48,066 bases of DNA from Candidatus Ruminococcus hominiciens (GTDB lineage: Bacteria > Bacillota > Clostridia > Oscillospirales > Ruminococcaceae). Positions 39,110 to 48,066 of this stretch are shown in pieces. Position 1 is the stretch's first letter. Every line of letters starts with the position of its first letter. Below the pieces are notes generated by a model that searched no databases, was not told where the DNA came from, and saw only the letters and a program-made list of their open reading frames with translations. The stretch lies in contig DAPZRK010000001.1 of assembly GCA_037465725.1 (NCBI GenBank), positions 1 to 48,066 of the forward strand. Direction: 5' to 3'. The translations under genes were made by a program, and so were the position numbers.

Positions 39110-39583
39110 TCACTTATGATACTTTCCGCCCTCCGCTATCTGAAAGGCGCGGTAGATCTGTTCAAGCAGCATAACTCGTGCAAGCTGGTGGGGAAAGGTC
39201 ATTTTTGACATGGAAAGTTTCAGCGCTCCCATAGCCTTTATCTCGGGAGCAAGTCCGTAAGAACTGCCTATCACGAAAGTTACCGTGCTGAACCCGTTAA
39301 CTCCGGCAGAGGTGATCTTCCCGGAAAGTTCGGGGCTCGTAAGCTGCTTTCCTTCAATACACATAGGAATCATCATTCCCTTTGCGAATCGCTTTATCTG
39401 CTCAGCCTCTTTCGCAAGAGCCGACGCTATCTCCTTTTCCGAGGGCGAATCCCCGAGGCGGCACTCGTCCAGTTCGTGCAGCTCAAAAGTGCAGTATCTT
39501 GCAAGGCGCTTGATGTATTCCGCGCACGCGCTGCGGAGATATTCCTCTTTAAGCTTTCCGATCACTATCAAATTAATTGTCAT
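39110..39583 (-). CDS. rlmH: 23S rRNA m3Psi1915 methyltransferase
   Basis: IGKLKE, FVIGSSYGL, MTFPHQLARVMLLEQIYRA, YHK. Confidence 0.97.
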   Translation of the reverse strand: MTINLIVIGKLKEEYLRSACAEYIKRLARYCTFELHELDECRLGDSPSEKEIASALAKEAEQIKRFAKGMMIPMCIEGKQLTSPELSGKITSAGVNGFSTVTFVIGSSYGLAPEIKAMGALKLSMSKMTFPHQLARVMLLEQIYRAFQIAEGGKYHK

Positions 39584-40368
39584 CAGAAGATAACAGCTCC
39601 TCCCTTGGTTTCCATTGGCGCAACTCCGAGCAGATAATCCCTGCCGCGCTCATAGCCGTCAAGAGCGTTTCGGGTCGTATTATCCGCGACGTGCGGGTGA
39701 TTGTTCTCGGGACTGAGATGTCCGAGGATAAAATATGTCGTACCGCGCTCAATGAGACTTCTCACCTGAGCCGCACACGAATCGTTGGAAAGATGTCCGT
39801 TCGGCGAAAGGATACGCTGTTTGAGGTAAAGCGGATACGGGCCGCTCCTGAGCATACTCTCGTCATAGTTGGATTCCAGCAGAACAAGACGGCAGCCGTT
39901 CAGAGCCTCGTCCACTTCCTGCGTAATATGACCAAGATCGGTGCAGACAGCACAAAGCTTATCGTCACCGGTGCGTATCCTGTAGCCGCAGCTCTGGATA
40001 GTATCATGCGGCGTATTGAAACAGCAGATCTCGCTGTCCGCGCAGGCTATTGCAGTTCCGCTCATGTCTATGACAGGCGATGACGGCGCTATCTTGTCCG
40101 AATCGCAAAGCCGCTGGAGTGTTCGTTTCTGCCCGTAAACAGGTATGCCCGTGTTCTTGGTGAGCATTTTCAGTCCGCTTATGTGATCGCTGTGCTCATG
40201 TGTGATAAAAACCGCCTGCACGGCTTTCAGCGGAATGTTGTTCAGAGCCAAAGCTCCCGAAAGCCGCTTGAAACTCACCCCGCAGTCTATGAGTATGCCG
40301 CTGTGTTCGTCGCCGATATATGTAGAGTTTCCCTTGCTCGAACTGAAAAGCGGATAAATCCTTGCCAT
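39583..40368 (-). CDS. Metallo-beta-lactamase fold hydrolase (YycJ/WalJ/VicX-like)
   Basis: SSSKGNS, THEHSDH, TDLG, LESNYD, GHLSN, HLSPENN; start at 40368; TGATG overlap with rlmH. Confidence 0.9.
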   Translation of the reverse strand: MARIYPLFSSSKGNSTYIGDEHSGILIDCGVSFKRLSGALALNNIPLKAVQAVFITHEHSDHISGLKMLTKNTGIPVYGQKRTLQRLCDSDKIAPSSPVIDMSGTAIACADSEICCFNTPHDTIQSCGYRIRTGDDKLCAVCTDLGHITQEVDEALNGCRLVLLESNYDESMLRSGPYPLYLKQRILSPNGHLSNDSCAAQVRSLIERGTTYFILGHLSPENNHPHVADNTTRNALDGYERGRDYLLGVAPMETKGGAVIF

Positions 40369-40476
40369 AAAAAATCTCCGTTCATTAAAGCGCAGGAATG
40401 CTCTCCGCGGCACACTTGACCGACCGGAAAGACATTCCCGCATTCAGAACCGTCCGCACAGAAACGGTTTCCGGAA

Positions 40477-41316
40477 TTATTTCTTTATTTTCATTGAAAC
40501 GTCAAAACACTTGACGGAATGTGTAAGCGCTCCGAGAGAGATGATGTCAACGCCTGTTTCGGCAACAGAGCGGATATTGCCCTCGGTAACATTGCCCGAG
40601 GCTTCGAGCAATGCTCTTCCGTCAGTTATCTTAACAGCCTCAGCCATTTCCTCACAGCTCATATTGTCGAGCATGACTATCTCGACCTTGTTTTCGAGCG
40701 CCTCACGGAGTTCGTCAAGAGTTCTTACCTCGACCTCTATCTTTACCGTATGTCCTATCTTTTCGCGCAGAGCGCTGACAGCCGCGGTGATTCCGCCGTA
40801 AGCGTCAATATGGTTGTCTTTCAGCATAGCGGCGTCCGAGAGATTAAAGCGGTGATTCTTGCCGCCGCCTACGGTCACGGAGTACTTCTGGAGCGCGCGG
40901 AGTCCGGGGAGAGTCTTTCTCGTATCTGTAACAGATGCGTTTGTGCCCTTTACAAGTTCTACGCAGCGGTTTGTCGCAGAGGCTATTCCCGACATATGCT
41001 GGAGGAGATTGAGCGCAGTTCTCTCGCCCTTGAGCAGAGTAAGAGTACTTCCCTCAAGCTCGGCAATGATATCGCCCTTTTTCACCTTTGTTCCGTCCTT
41101 GAGAAGAATGCGGAAGTCAACGTTTCCGCCTGCAAGCTCAAAAACGCGCTTTGCAACTTCAATTCCGCACACGACTCCCTCGTCCTTTGCAACGTAATAT
41201 GCCGAGCTTGTGTGCTCCTCGGGAATGAGGTTGTCTGCCGCCGCGTCAATGTAGTTGATGTCCTCCATGAGCGCGGTCGTGATGATATTATCTATGTAAC
41301 ACTGTAAAAGCTTCAT
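40477..41316 (-). CDS. nadC: Quinolinate phosphoribosyltransferase
   Basis: ERTALN, DTRKTLPG, HRFNLSD, KDNH, MLDN, SLGALTH. Confidence 0.97.
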   Translation of the reverse strand: MKLLQCYIDNIITTALMEDINYIDAAADNLIPEEHTSSAYYVAKDEGVVCGIEVAKRVFELAGGNVDFRILLKDGTKVKKGDIIAELEGSTLTLLKGERTALNLLQHMSGIASATNRCVELVKGTNASVTDTRKTLPGLRALQKYSVTVGGGKNHRFNLSDAAMLKDNHIDAYGGITAAVSALREKIGHTVKIEVEVRTLDELREALENKVEIVMLDNMSCEEMAEAVKITDGRALLEASGNVTEGNIRSVAETGVDIISLGALTHSVKCFDVSMKIKK

Positions 41317-41333
41317 GTCTGTTCCTTTCGTAA

Positions 41334-42791
41334 TTACTGCATAACTTCGCCGAGAATGATGTAAGCGCAGGTAACTATGGACTTGGCAAGAACATAGTCC
41401 GGATCGACCTCATAGCTGCCCTTTCTGAGATCGTCAAGTATCTCGCCCACGCGCTTGTAGCCCTCTGCGGCTTTCTGCTTGTCGGGGATAACAAAGTGGC
41501 TTTGCTGGAGTATCTTTCTTGTCTCCGTTCTGATCCCCTTTGGAATGCTGCCGCTGCCTATCCGAGCGTCGAACTGCGCCTCCTCAAGCTCCTTGGGAGC
41601 ATCGGCAAGACGTGACGCTATGCAGTTTGCGGCATGACGCGAGAACACAAGTGCCTCAAGGAGAGAGTTGCTCGCGAGTCTGTTTCCGCCGTGAACGCCC
41701 GTGTGCGAACACTCGCCGCAGGCAAAGAGGTTTTTGAGCGTGGTCTCGGAATTACCGTCAACGTCTATTCCGCCCATAAGGTAGTGCTGGCACGGGAATA
41801 TCGGTATCGGCTCCTTGGTGAGGTCATAGCCCTGTTCAAGAAGGTTCTTGTATATCATCGGGAAGCGATTTTTGAGGAACTCGCTGTCCTTATAGCTTAT
41901 ATCGAGGTAGAAGTCCTCGGAATTCTGCTTGCGCGATTCGAGGATAATAGCGTGCGAAACAACGTCACGCGGAGCAAGTTCAAGACGCTCGTCATAGTTC
42001 TGCATAAAGCGTTCCTTGTGGCAGTTGAGGAGATATGCTCCCTCGCCTCTTACGGCTTCGGAAATAAGGAAGCACTCGCGGGTCGCTCTGTTGTTGAACG
42101 CAGTCGGGTGGAACTGAACATAGCTGAGATTCTTTATCTTTGCGCCCATTTCGTAAGCAAAGGTGATGCCGTCACCTGTTGCGATAGCCGAGTTTGTGGT
42201 GAACTGGTAAACTCTGCCGATACCGCCTGTTGCGAGTATCATAAAGCGGCTGTTTACCGTCTCGTATGTGCCGTCAGGCTTTCTGAGAAAGGCAGAGTAG
42301 CCCGTAGAGGTCTGCTTTACCGCGCACATGAGCGTATTTTCCATAATATCCACGTTTTCAAGCGTCTGGACTTTTGCGAGGAGCTTTGTTGCTATCTCCT
42401 TGCCGGTAGCGTCCGCATGGTGGAATATTCTGTGGTGGCTGTGACCGCCCTCAAGAGTGCGGTGGTATGTTCCGTCGGGGTTCTTGTTGAACTCAACGCC
42501 GAGATCAATGATATGCTCAATATCCTGCGCTGCCTCGCTTACAAGGGTGTGGACAGCGTCTACATTGTTCTTGAAACCGCCTGCGATGAGGGTATCGTTC
42601 TGGTGGTACTGGATATTGTCCTTGGGAGAATTGTAAACGCCCGCAATTCCGCCCTGAGCAAGAGAGGAGTTGCAAAGGCTGAGTTCCTTTTTGCAAACCA
42701 TGAGTATCTTTGCGTCTGACGGAAGATTGATAGCTGCATAGAGACCTGCTGCTCCGCAGCCTGCAATAATTACATCATAATTAAGAGACAT
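41334..42791 (-). CDS. nadB: L-aspartate oxidase
   Basis: GCGAAG, AQGG, EGGHS, QFHPT, LISEAVRGEG, HYLMGG, GVHGGNRLASNSLLE; next to nadC. Confidence 0.95.
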   Translation of the reverse strand: MSLNYDVIIAGCGAAGLYAAINLPSDAKILMVCKKELSLCNSSLAQGGIAGVYNSPKDNIQYHQNDTLIAGGFKNNVDAVHTLVSEAAQDIEHIIDLGVEFNKNPDGTYHRTLEGGHSHHRIFHHADATGKEIATKLLAKVQTLENVDIMENTLMCAVKQTSTGYSAFLRKPDGTYETVNSRFMILATGGIGRVYQFTTNSAIATGDGITFAYEMGAKIKNLSYVQFHPTAFNNRATRECFLISEAVRGEGAYLLNCHKERFMQNYDERLELAPRDVVSHAIILESRKQNSEDFYLDISYKDSEFLKNRFPMIYKNLLEQGYDLTKEPIPIFPCQHYLMGGIDVDGNSETTLKNLFACGECSHTGVHGGNRLASNSLLEALVFSRHAANCIASRLADAPKELEEAQFDARIGSGSIPKGIRTETRKILQQSHFVIPDKQKAAEGYKRVGEILDDLRKGSYEVDPDYVLAKSIVTCAYIILGEVMQ

Positions 42792-42869
42792 TTAAGGTCA
42801 CGTCCTTTTATTATCGGCTTTTGCCGGAAATAATATAGGCAGCGCGGCTCTTACGAGGGCTGCCTTAAT

Positions 42870-42898
42870 ATTATATCACACCAATGTAAAAAAATCAA
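42870..42898 (-). promoter_or_regulatory. nadB operon sigma-A promoter
   Basis: Minus strand TTGATT-17bp-TATAAT with extended TG. Confidence 0.7.
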
Positions 42899-42968
42899 GG
42901 CAGTCTGTCCTTAACTGATAATATGGATCGTTTCAGGATCCTGACCGCAAAGAACGTGAGTTTTCGGC

Positions 42969-42997
42969 TTGATTTTAGTGCAGTAATGTGTTATAAT
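42969..42997 (+). promoter_or_regulatory. pot operon sigma-A promoter
   Basis: TTGATT-17bp-TATAAT with extended TG. Confidence 0.7.
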
Positions 42998-43048
42998 GAG
43001 ATGTTATGAATATTTCCCGTGAATGCTAAAATGAAAGGACATGGTAAA

Positions 43049-44095
43049 ATGGAGAACATTATCAGTCTTAAAAATATTATAGTTGAATTTGAGGACGGCG
43101 AGAGGATACTGAAAAATATAAGCCTTGACATAAAGGACAAGGAATTCGTCACATTTCTCGGCCCGTCTGGCTGCGGAAAGACCACAACTCTGCGCATTAT
43201 CGCAGGCTTCCTTGAACCGACGAGCGGCGACGTTTTCTTTGACGGACAGCGTATCAACAATGTTCCGCCGCACAAGCGCAATGTAAACACTGTATTCCAG
43301 AGATACGCGCTCTTTCCCCACCTGAATGTATACGAGAACATCGCTTTCGGTCTCAGGGTAAAGAATGTTCCCGAAAAGGAGGTAGTCAAGCGCGTGGGAG
43401 AAATGCTGGAACTGGTAAATCTTATGGGCTTTGAAAAGCGCTCGATAAACCGCCTCTCCGGCGGACAGCAGCAGCGTGTTGCCATCGCGAGAGCATTGGT
43501 AAATCACCCGAAAGTCCTGCTGCTTGACGAACCTCTCGGCGCTCTTGACCTGAAACTCCGCAAGGAAATGCAGATAGAACTGAGAAAGATACAGCAGGAA
43601 CTTGAACTCACCTTTATATATGTTACCCACGATCAGGAAGAAGCTCTTACCATGAGCGACAGCATCGTTGTCATGAACAACGGCGAGATACAGCAGATAG
43701 GCTCTCCGACTGATATTTACAACGAGCCGACAAACGCCTTTGTTGCGGACTTCATCGGCGAGAGCAATATCATCAACGGCTGTATGCCGCAGGACTGCGT
43801 TGTAGAATTCATGGGCAGGCGCTTTGAGTGCGTTGACAAGGGCTTTGACCCCAACGAGACTGTTGACGTGGTTATCCGTCCCGAGGACATCAAGATCATT
43901 CCCGCGGACAAGGCCAAACTCACGGGCATTGTCGAGTCGGTAGTGTTCAAGGGCGTTCACTATGAGATGATAGTAGACGGCGTTGACTCAAAGTGGATGA
44001 TACACTCCACCAAGGCTGAACCCGTAGGCTCAATGATAGGAATGGCAGTCGATCCGTTCGACATACATATAATGAAGAAAACGGAGGATAACTGA
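43049..44095 (+). CDS. potA: Spermidine/putrescine ABC transporter ATPase
   Basis: [47 protein letters not shown] before ATG at 43049. Confidence 0.93.
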   Translation: MENIISLKNIIVEFEDGERILKNISLDIKDKEFVTFLGPSGCGKTTTLRIIAGFLEPTSGDVFFDGQRINNVPPHKRNVNTVFQRYALFPHLNVYENIAFGLRVKNVPEKEVVKRVGEMLELVNLMGFEKRSINRLSGGQQQRVAIARALVNHPKVLLLDEPLGALDLKLRKEMQIELRKIQQELELTFIYVTHDQEEALTMSDSIVVMNNGEIQQIGSPTDIYNEPTNAFVADFIGESNIINGCMPQDCVVEFMGRRFECVDKGFDPNETVDVVIRPEDIKIIPADKAKLTGIVESVVFKGVHYEMIVDGVDSKWMIHSTKAEPVGSMIGMAVDPFDIHIMKKTEDN

Positions 44096-44096
44096 C

Positions 44097-44903
44097 ATGA
44101 AACTGAAATATCTCTCTGCTCCGTACCTTGTATGGATGATAGTTTTCATTCTCGTTCCGCTTATAATGATAGCGTACTTTGCATTCACGACTGACGGCGG
44201 TCAGCTAACGCTGAAGTATGTCTCGGACGTAGGTCAGTACGCAAATATCTTTATCCGCTCGATATGGCTCTCGCTTATCGCAACGGCGATATGCCTCGTG
44301 GTTGCTTATCCCGTTGCATTTATCCTGTCGCGAATGGAAAAGCACAAGCAGGGCACTATGCTGATGATAGTCATGCTCCCGATGTGGATGAACTTCCTGC
44401 TGAGAACCTACGCGTGGATGACTCTGCTCGGCAACAACGGCATAATAAACTACCTGCTCGGACTTGTCGGTCTCGGGCCGTTCAAGCTCATCAACACTTC
44501 TGCGGCGGTAGTCCTCGGAATGGTCTACAATTACCTGCCGTTCATGATACTGCCCCTTTACTCGGTCATGGAAAAAATAGACAAATCGCTCTTTGAAGCT
44601 GCCTCCGACCTCGGGTGCAGTTCCGCCCAGACCCTCATACGCGTGGTCATTCCCCTCTCCGTCCCCGGAATAACCTCGGGGATAACAATGGTTTTCGTCC
44701 CTGCTATCTCTACATTCATTATTTCCCGAATGCTCGGCGGCGGCTCAAACCTCCTCATAGGCGACCTTATCGAGATGCAGTTTCTCGGAAATGCCTACAA
44801 TCCGCACCTCGGCGCGGCGATATCCCTCGTGCTCATGGTGATAATTCTCGTCATCATGACCGTAATGAACCAGTTCGACCCCGACGATCAGGTGCTTATG
44901 TGA
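44097..44903 (+). CDS. potB: Spermidine/putrescine ABC permease
   Basis: LPMWMNFLLRTYAW, EAASDLG; TM helices. Confidence 0.9.
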   Translation: MKLKYLSAPYLVWMIVFILVPLIMIAYFAFTTDGGQLTLKYVSDVGQYANIFIRSIWLSLIATAICLVVAYPVAFILSRMEKHKQGTMLMIVMLPMWMNFLLRTYAWMTLLGNNGIINYLLGLVGLGPFKLINTSAAVVLGMVYNYLPFMILPLYSVMEKIDKSLFEAASDLGCSSAQTLIRVVIPLSVPGITSGITMVFVPAISTFIISRMLGGGSNLLIGDLIEMQFLGNAYNPHLGAAISLVLMVIILVIMTVMNQFDPDDQVLM

Positions 44904-44943
44904 CCCTTGATGGAACGCATAACATATAAAAGGAGATAGTTTA

Positions 44944-45750
44944 ATGAAAAGACTCGGTAAAATATACATGGCTCTGGTCCTGCTGTTCTTGTATGTGCCG
45001 ATTTTCGTGCTCATCGTTTTTTCGTTCAACGAGACCAAGAGCAGGAGCGTTTTCAGCGGCTTTACACTGGACTGGTACGCACGCCTCTTTCACAACAGGA
45101 TAATCATTTCTTCGCTCGTAAACACCATTATCATAGCCGTTGCCGCGAGTATCGTTTCAACAGTTCTGGGAACTTTTGCGGCTATCGGCATCAACGGCAT
45201 GAGGAAAGTCCCCAAGGCGGTGGTCATGAACGTGACCAATATGCCTATCATCAACCCCGAGATCGTTACGGGTGTATCGCTCATGCTACTGTTCGTATTC
45301 TTCGCCGCAAGAATGAACCTCGAATTCGGCTTTGTTACGCTGGTCATCGCACATATCACCTTTGATGTGCCCTACGTTATCCTCAACGTCATGCCGAAAT
45401 TCAATCAAATGGATCCTCACCTGTATGAGGCGGCTCAGGACCTCGGGTGCAGTCCGCTGAGAGCCTTCCGCAAGGTAGTCCTGCCCGAGATAATGCCGGG
45501 CGTTGTAAGCGGATTCCTCATGTCGTTCACCTACTCGCTCGATGACTTTGTAGTCAGCTACTTCACAAGCGGCTCGACCTCGCAGACTCTGCCGATAACC
45601 ATTTATTCCATGACGCGCAGAAAGGTCTCGCCCGAGATAAACGCGCTCTCTACGCTTATATTCGTTGCGGTCGTGGTAGTCCTCATAGTGAAGCAGACTA
45701 TCGAAAACAAGGCTGCCAAAAAGGCAGGCACTTACAGGAGGGAAAGATAA
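44944..45750 (+). CDS. potC: Spermidine/putrescine ABC permease
   Basis: FLYVPI..FSFN, EAAQDLG, SLDDFVVS, SPEINA. Confidence 0.9.
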   Translation: MKRLGKIYMALVLLFLYVPIFVLIVFSFNETKSRSVFSGFTLDWYARLFHNRIIISSLVNTIIIAVAASIVSTVLGTFAAIGINGMRKVPKAVVMNVTNMPIINPEIVTGVSLMLLFVFFAARMNLEFGFVTLVIAHITFDVPYVILNVMPKFNQMDPHLYEAAQDLGCSPLRAFRKVVLPEIMPGVVSGFLMSFTYSLDDFVVSYFTSGSTSQTLPITIYSMTRRKVSPEINALSTLIFVAVVVVLIVKQTIENKAAKKAGTYRRER

Positions 45751-45751
45751 C

Positions 45752-47023
45752 ATGGAAAGCAGAAAGATCTTTTCCGCAGTTCTGTCCGCACTCCTCATGA
45801 CAGGAGCTTTTACCGGCTGCGGCTCTGCCAAAAAGGAGGAGAGCGACGACGAGGAAACTTCCGCGCAGACGCTCACGGTATCAGATCCCGATTACTACAC
45901 GCGCTTCAAGGGAAAGGGGATCTCGATAAACGTCTACAACTGGGGCGAATACATCTCAGACGGCGCAGACGAGGGAACTCTCGACGTAAACCGCGAATTC
46001 GAGGAGCTTACGGGCATAAAGGTAAACTACACCAACTACGCTACCAACGAGGAACTTTACGCAAAACTCAAGGGCGGAGCGGCTTCCTATGACGTGATCA
46101 TCCCGTCAGACTACATGATAAGCAAGATGATAAAAGAGGGCATGATACAAAAGCTCGACTTTGACAATATCCCGAATTTCAGCTATATCATGGATAATTT
46201 CCGCAATCTCGAATACGACCCCGAAAACGACTATTCCGTGCCCTATACATGGGGAACGGTCGGTATCATATACGATACCACGATGATAGATATTCCCGCC
46301 GATGAGATAGACTGGGACTTGCTCTGGAACGAGGACTACGCCGACCAGATACTCATGTTCGACAATCCGCGCGATGCCTTTGCTATTGCGGAGATAATGC
46401 AGGGCTACTCGCTCAATACAGAAAACCCCGAGGAACTTGCCGATGCCGCGCGCAAGCTCACCGAACAGAAAAGCATTGTTCAGGGCTATGTAATGGACGA
46501 GGTATTCGATAAAATGGAGGCAGGCGACGCGCTTATCGCTCCGTACTATGCAGGTGACGCTCTCACTATCCTTGCCGAAAACGAGGATCTGAACTTCGTT
46601 GTTCCAAAAAGCGGCACGAATCTCTTTATAGACGCGATGTGTATTCCCTCCACCGCACGTCAGAAAGAGGCTGCGGAGATGTACATCAACTTCATGTGCG
46701 AGCCTGACATAGCCTACGCGAACATAGACTATATCTGCTACTCCACTCCTCATCAGGCGGCTTACGAAATGCTTGACGAGGACGTGCAAAACAGCAGCAT
46801 CTCGTATCCTGATGACGAATTTGTCGCGAACAAGACCACGGTTTTCGTAAATCTTTCAGACGAAGCAAACAAGACCATGCAGGACCTCTGGACAGAAATG
46901 AAATCCGCCGAGGACGATAACTCCAACCGATTTTTTGTGCCGGTCTTTCTTATTATATGTATAGGCATAATTGCATTTGTCCTCATCAGGAGACACGTCA
47001 AAAATAAAAAGGATATATTCTGA
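45752..47023 (+). CDS. potD: Spermidine/putrescine-binding lipoprotein with an extra C-terminal TM helix
   Basis: Lipobox FTG-C23; VYNWGEYI, TNEELYAKL, PSDYM, PYTWGTVGI; hydrophobic C-terminus followed by basic residues. Confidence 0.9.
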   Translation: MESRKIFSAVLSALLMTGAFTGCGSAKKEESDDEETSAQTLTVSDPDYYTRFKGKGISINVYNWGEYISDGADEGTLDVNREFEELTGIKVNYTNYATNEELYAKLKGGAASYDVIIPSDYMISKMIKEGMIQKLDFDNIPNFSYIMDNFRNLEYDPENDYSVPYTWGTVGIIYDTTMIDIPADEIDWDLLWNEDYADQILMFDNPRDAFAIAEIMQGYSLNTENPEELADAARKLTEQKSIVQGYVMDEVFDKMEAGDALIAPYYAGDALTILAENEDLNFVVPKSGTNLFIDAMCIPSTARQKEAAEMYINFMCEPDIAYANIDYICYSTPHQAAYEMLDEDVQNSSISYPDDEFVANKTTVFVNLSDEANKTMQDLWTEMKSAEDDNSNRFFVPVFLIICIGIIAFVLIRRHVKNKKDIF

Positions 47024-47051
47024 CGCACGTTATTAAGGAGATGAAATATTT

Positions 47052-48005
47052 TTGTTTCTTAACAACCTTGTATTCAGTCTGAACGCGACTGTCCCTGTTT
47101 TTCTTATGATGGTTTTCGGCTGGATAGTCAAAAGAGTGGGACTGCTTGACGATCACTCAACGTCACAGATAAATAAGTTCGTTTTTCGCACTCTGCTGCC
47201 TGCTCTCCTGTTTATGGATCTGTCAACGGCTGACTTCCGCTCGGTATGGGACACGAAATTCGTGCTTTTCTGCATGACGGCAACTCTGCTGAGCGTTGCT
47301 ATCGCCCTTCTTTACTCGCTGCTGCACAAGGACAAGGCTGAACGCGGCGAGATAATTCAGGCATCGTACCGAAGCAGCGCTGCTATCCTCGGCATAGCCT
47401 TTGTCAAGAACATCTACGGACAGGCTGCAATGGCGGCGCTCATGATAGTGGGAACTGTCCCGATATACAATATTATCGCGGTGATAACGCTCTCACTGAC
47501 CTCTCCCGACAAGGAAGCGGGCAGCGGCAAAAAGCTCTGGAAAAGCACACTTCTGGGCATTGCCACGAATCCTATCATTCTCGGAATTCTGGCAGGTATA
47601 GTGTGGTCATTGCTAGAGATACCGCAGCCCGTGATACTCTCAAAGTCCATGTCATACCTCGCGAATATGGCAACTCCGCTCTCACTTATTGCGCTTGGAG
47701 CGTCATTCAAATTCAGCGAGACCAAGGGAAAAACAGCCGTAACAGTCGGCATAGCCTTTATAAAGCTTGTTCTATTCTGCGGTGTGTTCTTACCGTTTGC
47801 GGTAAAGCTCGGATTCCGCGGTGAGAAGCTTATCGCGATACTGGTAATGCTCGGCAGTGCAACTACGGGAAGCTGCTTTGTCATGGCAAAGAATCTCGGA
47901 CACAAGGGCACAATAACAGCCTTTGCGGTAATGCTCACCACGATGTGCAGTGCGTTTACACTGACAACATGGCTGTTTATCCTGAAAACTCTCGGCTATA
48001 TATAA
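47052..48005 (+). CDS. AEC (auxin efflux carrier/malate permease-like) family transporter
   Basis: About ten TM helices; LPALLF, NPIILG, TPLSLIALG; AAGGAG RBS with TTG start. Confidence 0.85.
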   Translation: MFLNNLVFSLNATVPVFLMMVFGWIVKRVGLLDDHSTSQINKFVFRTLLPALLFMDLSTADFRSVWDTKFVLFCMTATLLSVAIALLYSLLHKDKAERGEIIQASYRSSAAILGIAFVKNIYGQAAMAALMIVGTVPIYNIIAVITLSLTSPDKEAGSGKKLWKSTLLGIATNPIILGILAGIVWSLLEIPQPVILSKSMSYLANMATPLSLIALGASFKFSETKGKTAVTVGIAFIKLVLFCGVFLPFAVKLGFRGEKLIAILVMLGSATTGSCFVMAKNLGHKGTITAFAVMLTTMCSAFTLTTWLFILKTLGYI

Positions 48006-48027
48006 GAAAGTCTGTTTAACTAATAAT

Positions 48028-48066
48028 GGGATTCTAAAGGGTTGTTAACCCTTTAGCGGATTCCAA
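48028..48066. repeat. Copy 2 of the hairpin repeat element, truncated by the window end
   Basis: GGGATTCTAAAGGGTT-GTT-AACCCTTTAGCGGATTCCAA, 37/39 identical to 9103-9141. Confidence 0.85.

Noticed and set aside
41634..43960. Long antisense ORFs of 361 aa (over nadB) and 318 aa (over potA)
   Set aside because: Fully opposite well-supported genes; typical antisense shadows

Overview
Chromosomal segment of a cellulosome-producing Firmicute, inferred to be Ruminococcus flavefaciens or a close relative from its dockerin/cohesin styles and a PL1-PL9-CBM77-like enzyme. Left to right: (1) a cellulosomal cluster with a cohesin+dockerin adaptor scaffoldin, an amidohydrolase and two modular pectate lyases; (2) a multi-hairpin interspersed repeat and an orphan gene; (3) groES-groEL with a perfect CIRCE; (4) an M23 peptidase, an in-frame RluA-LuxS fusion, a membrane protein, a histidine phosphatase and an XRE regulator; (5) an OmpR-type two-component system with HtrA; (6) yajC and the complete S10-spc-alpha ribosomal superoperon; (7) nadB-nadC-yycJ-rlmH; (8) potABCD and an AEC transporter, ending in a second, truncated copy of the repeat. 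No rRNA, tRNA, CRISPR array or transposase was seen. Best leads: the five-hairpin REP/MITE-like element, the RluA-LuxS fusion with an internal luxS RBS, a possibly self-polymerising adaptor scaffoldin, a terminator-containing S10 leader, an antisense promoter into the XRE gene, two RBS-occluding hairpins containing sporulation-sigma-like promoters, and atypically anchored PotD and YajC. All domain and family calls come from motif recognition by eye; no searches were run.
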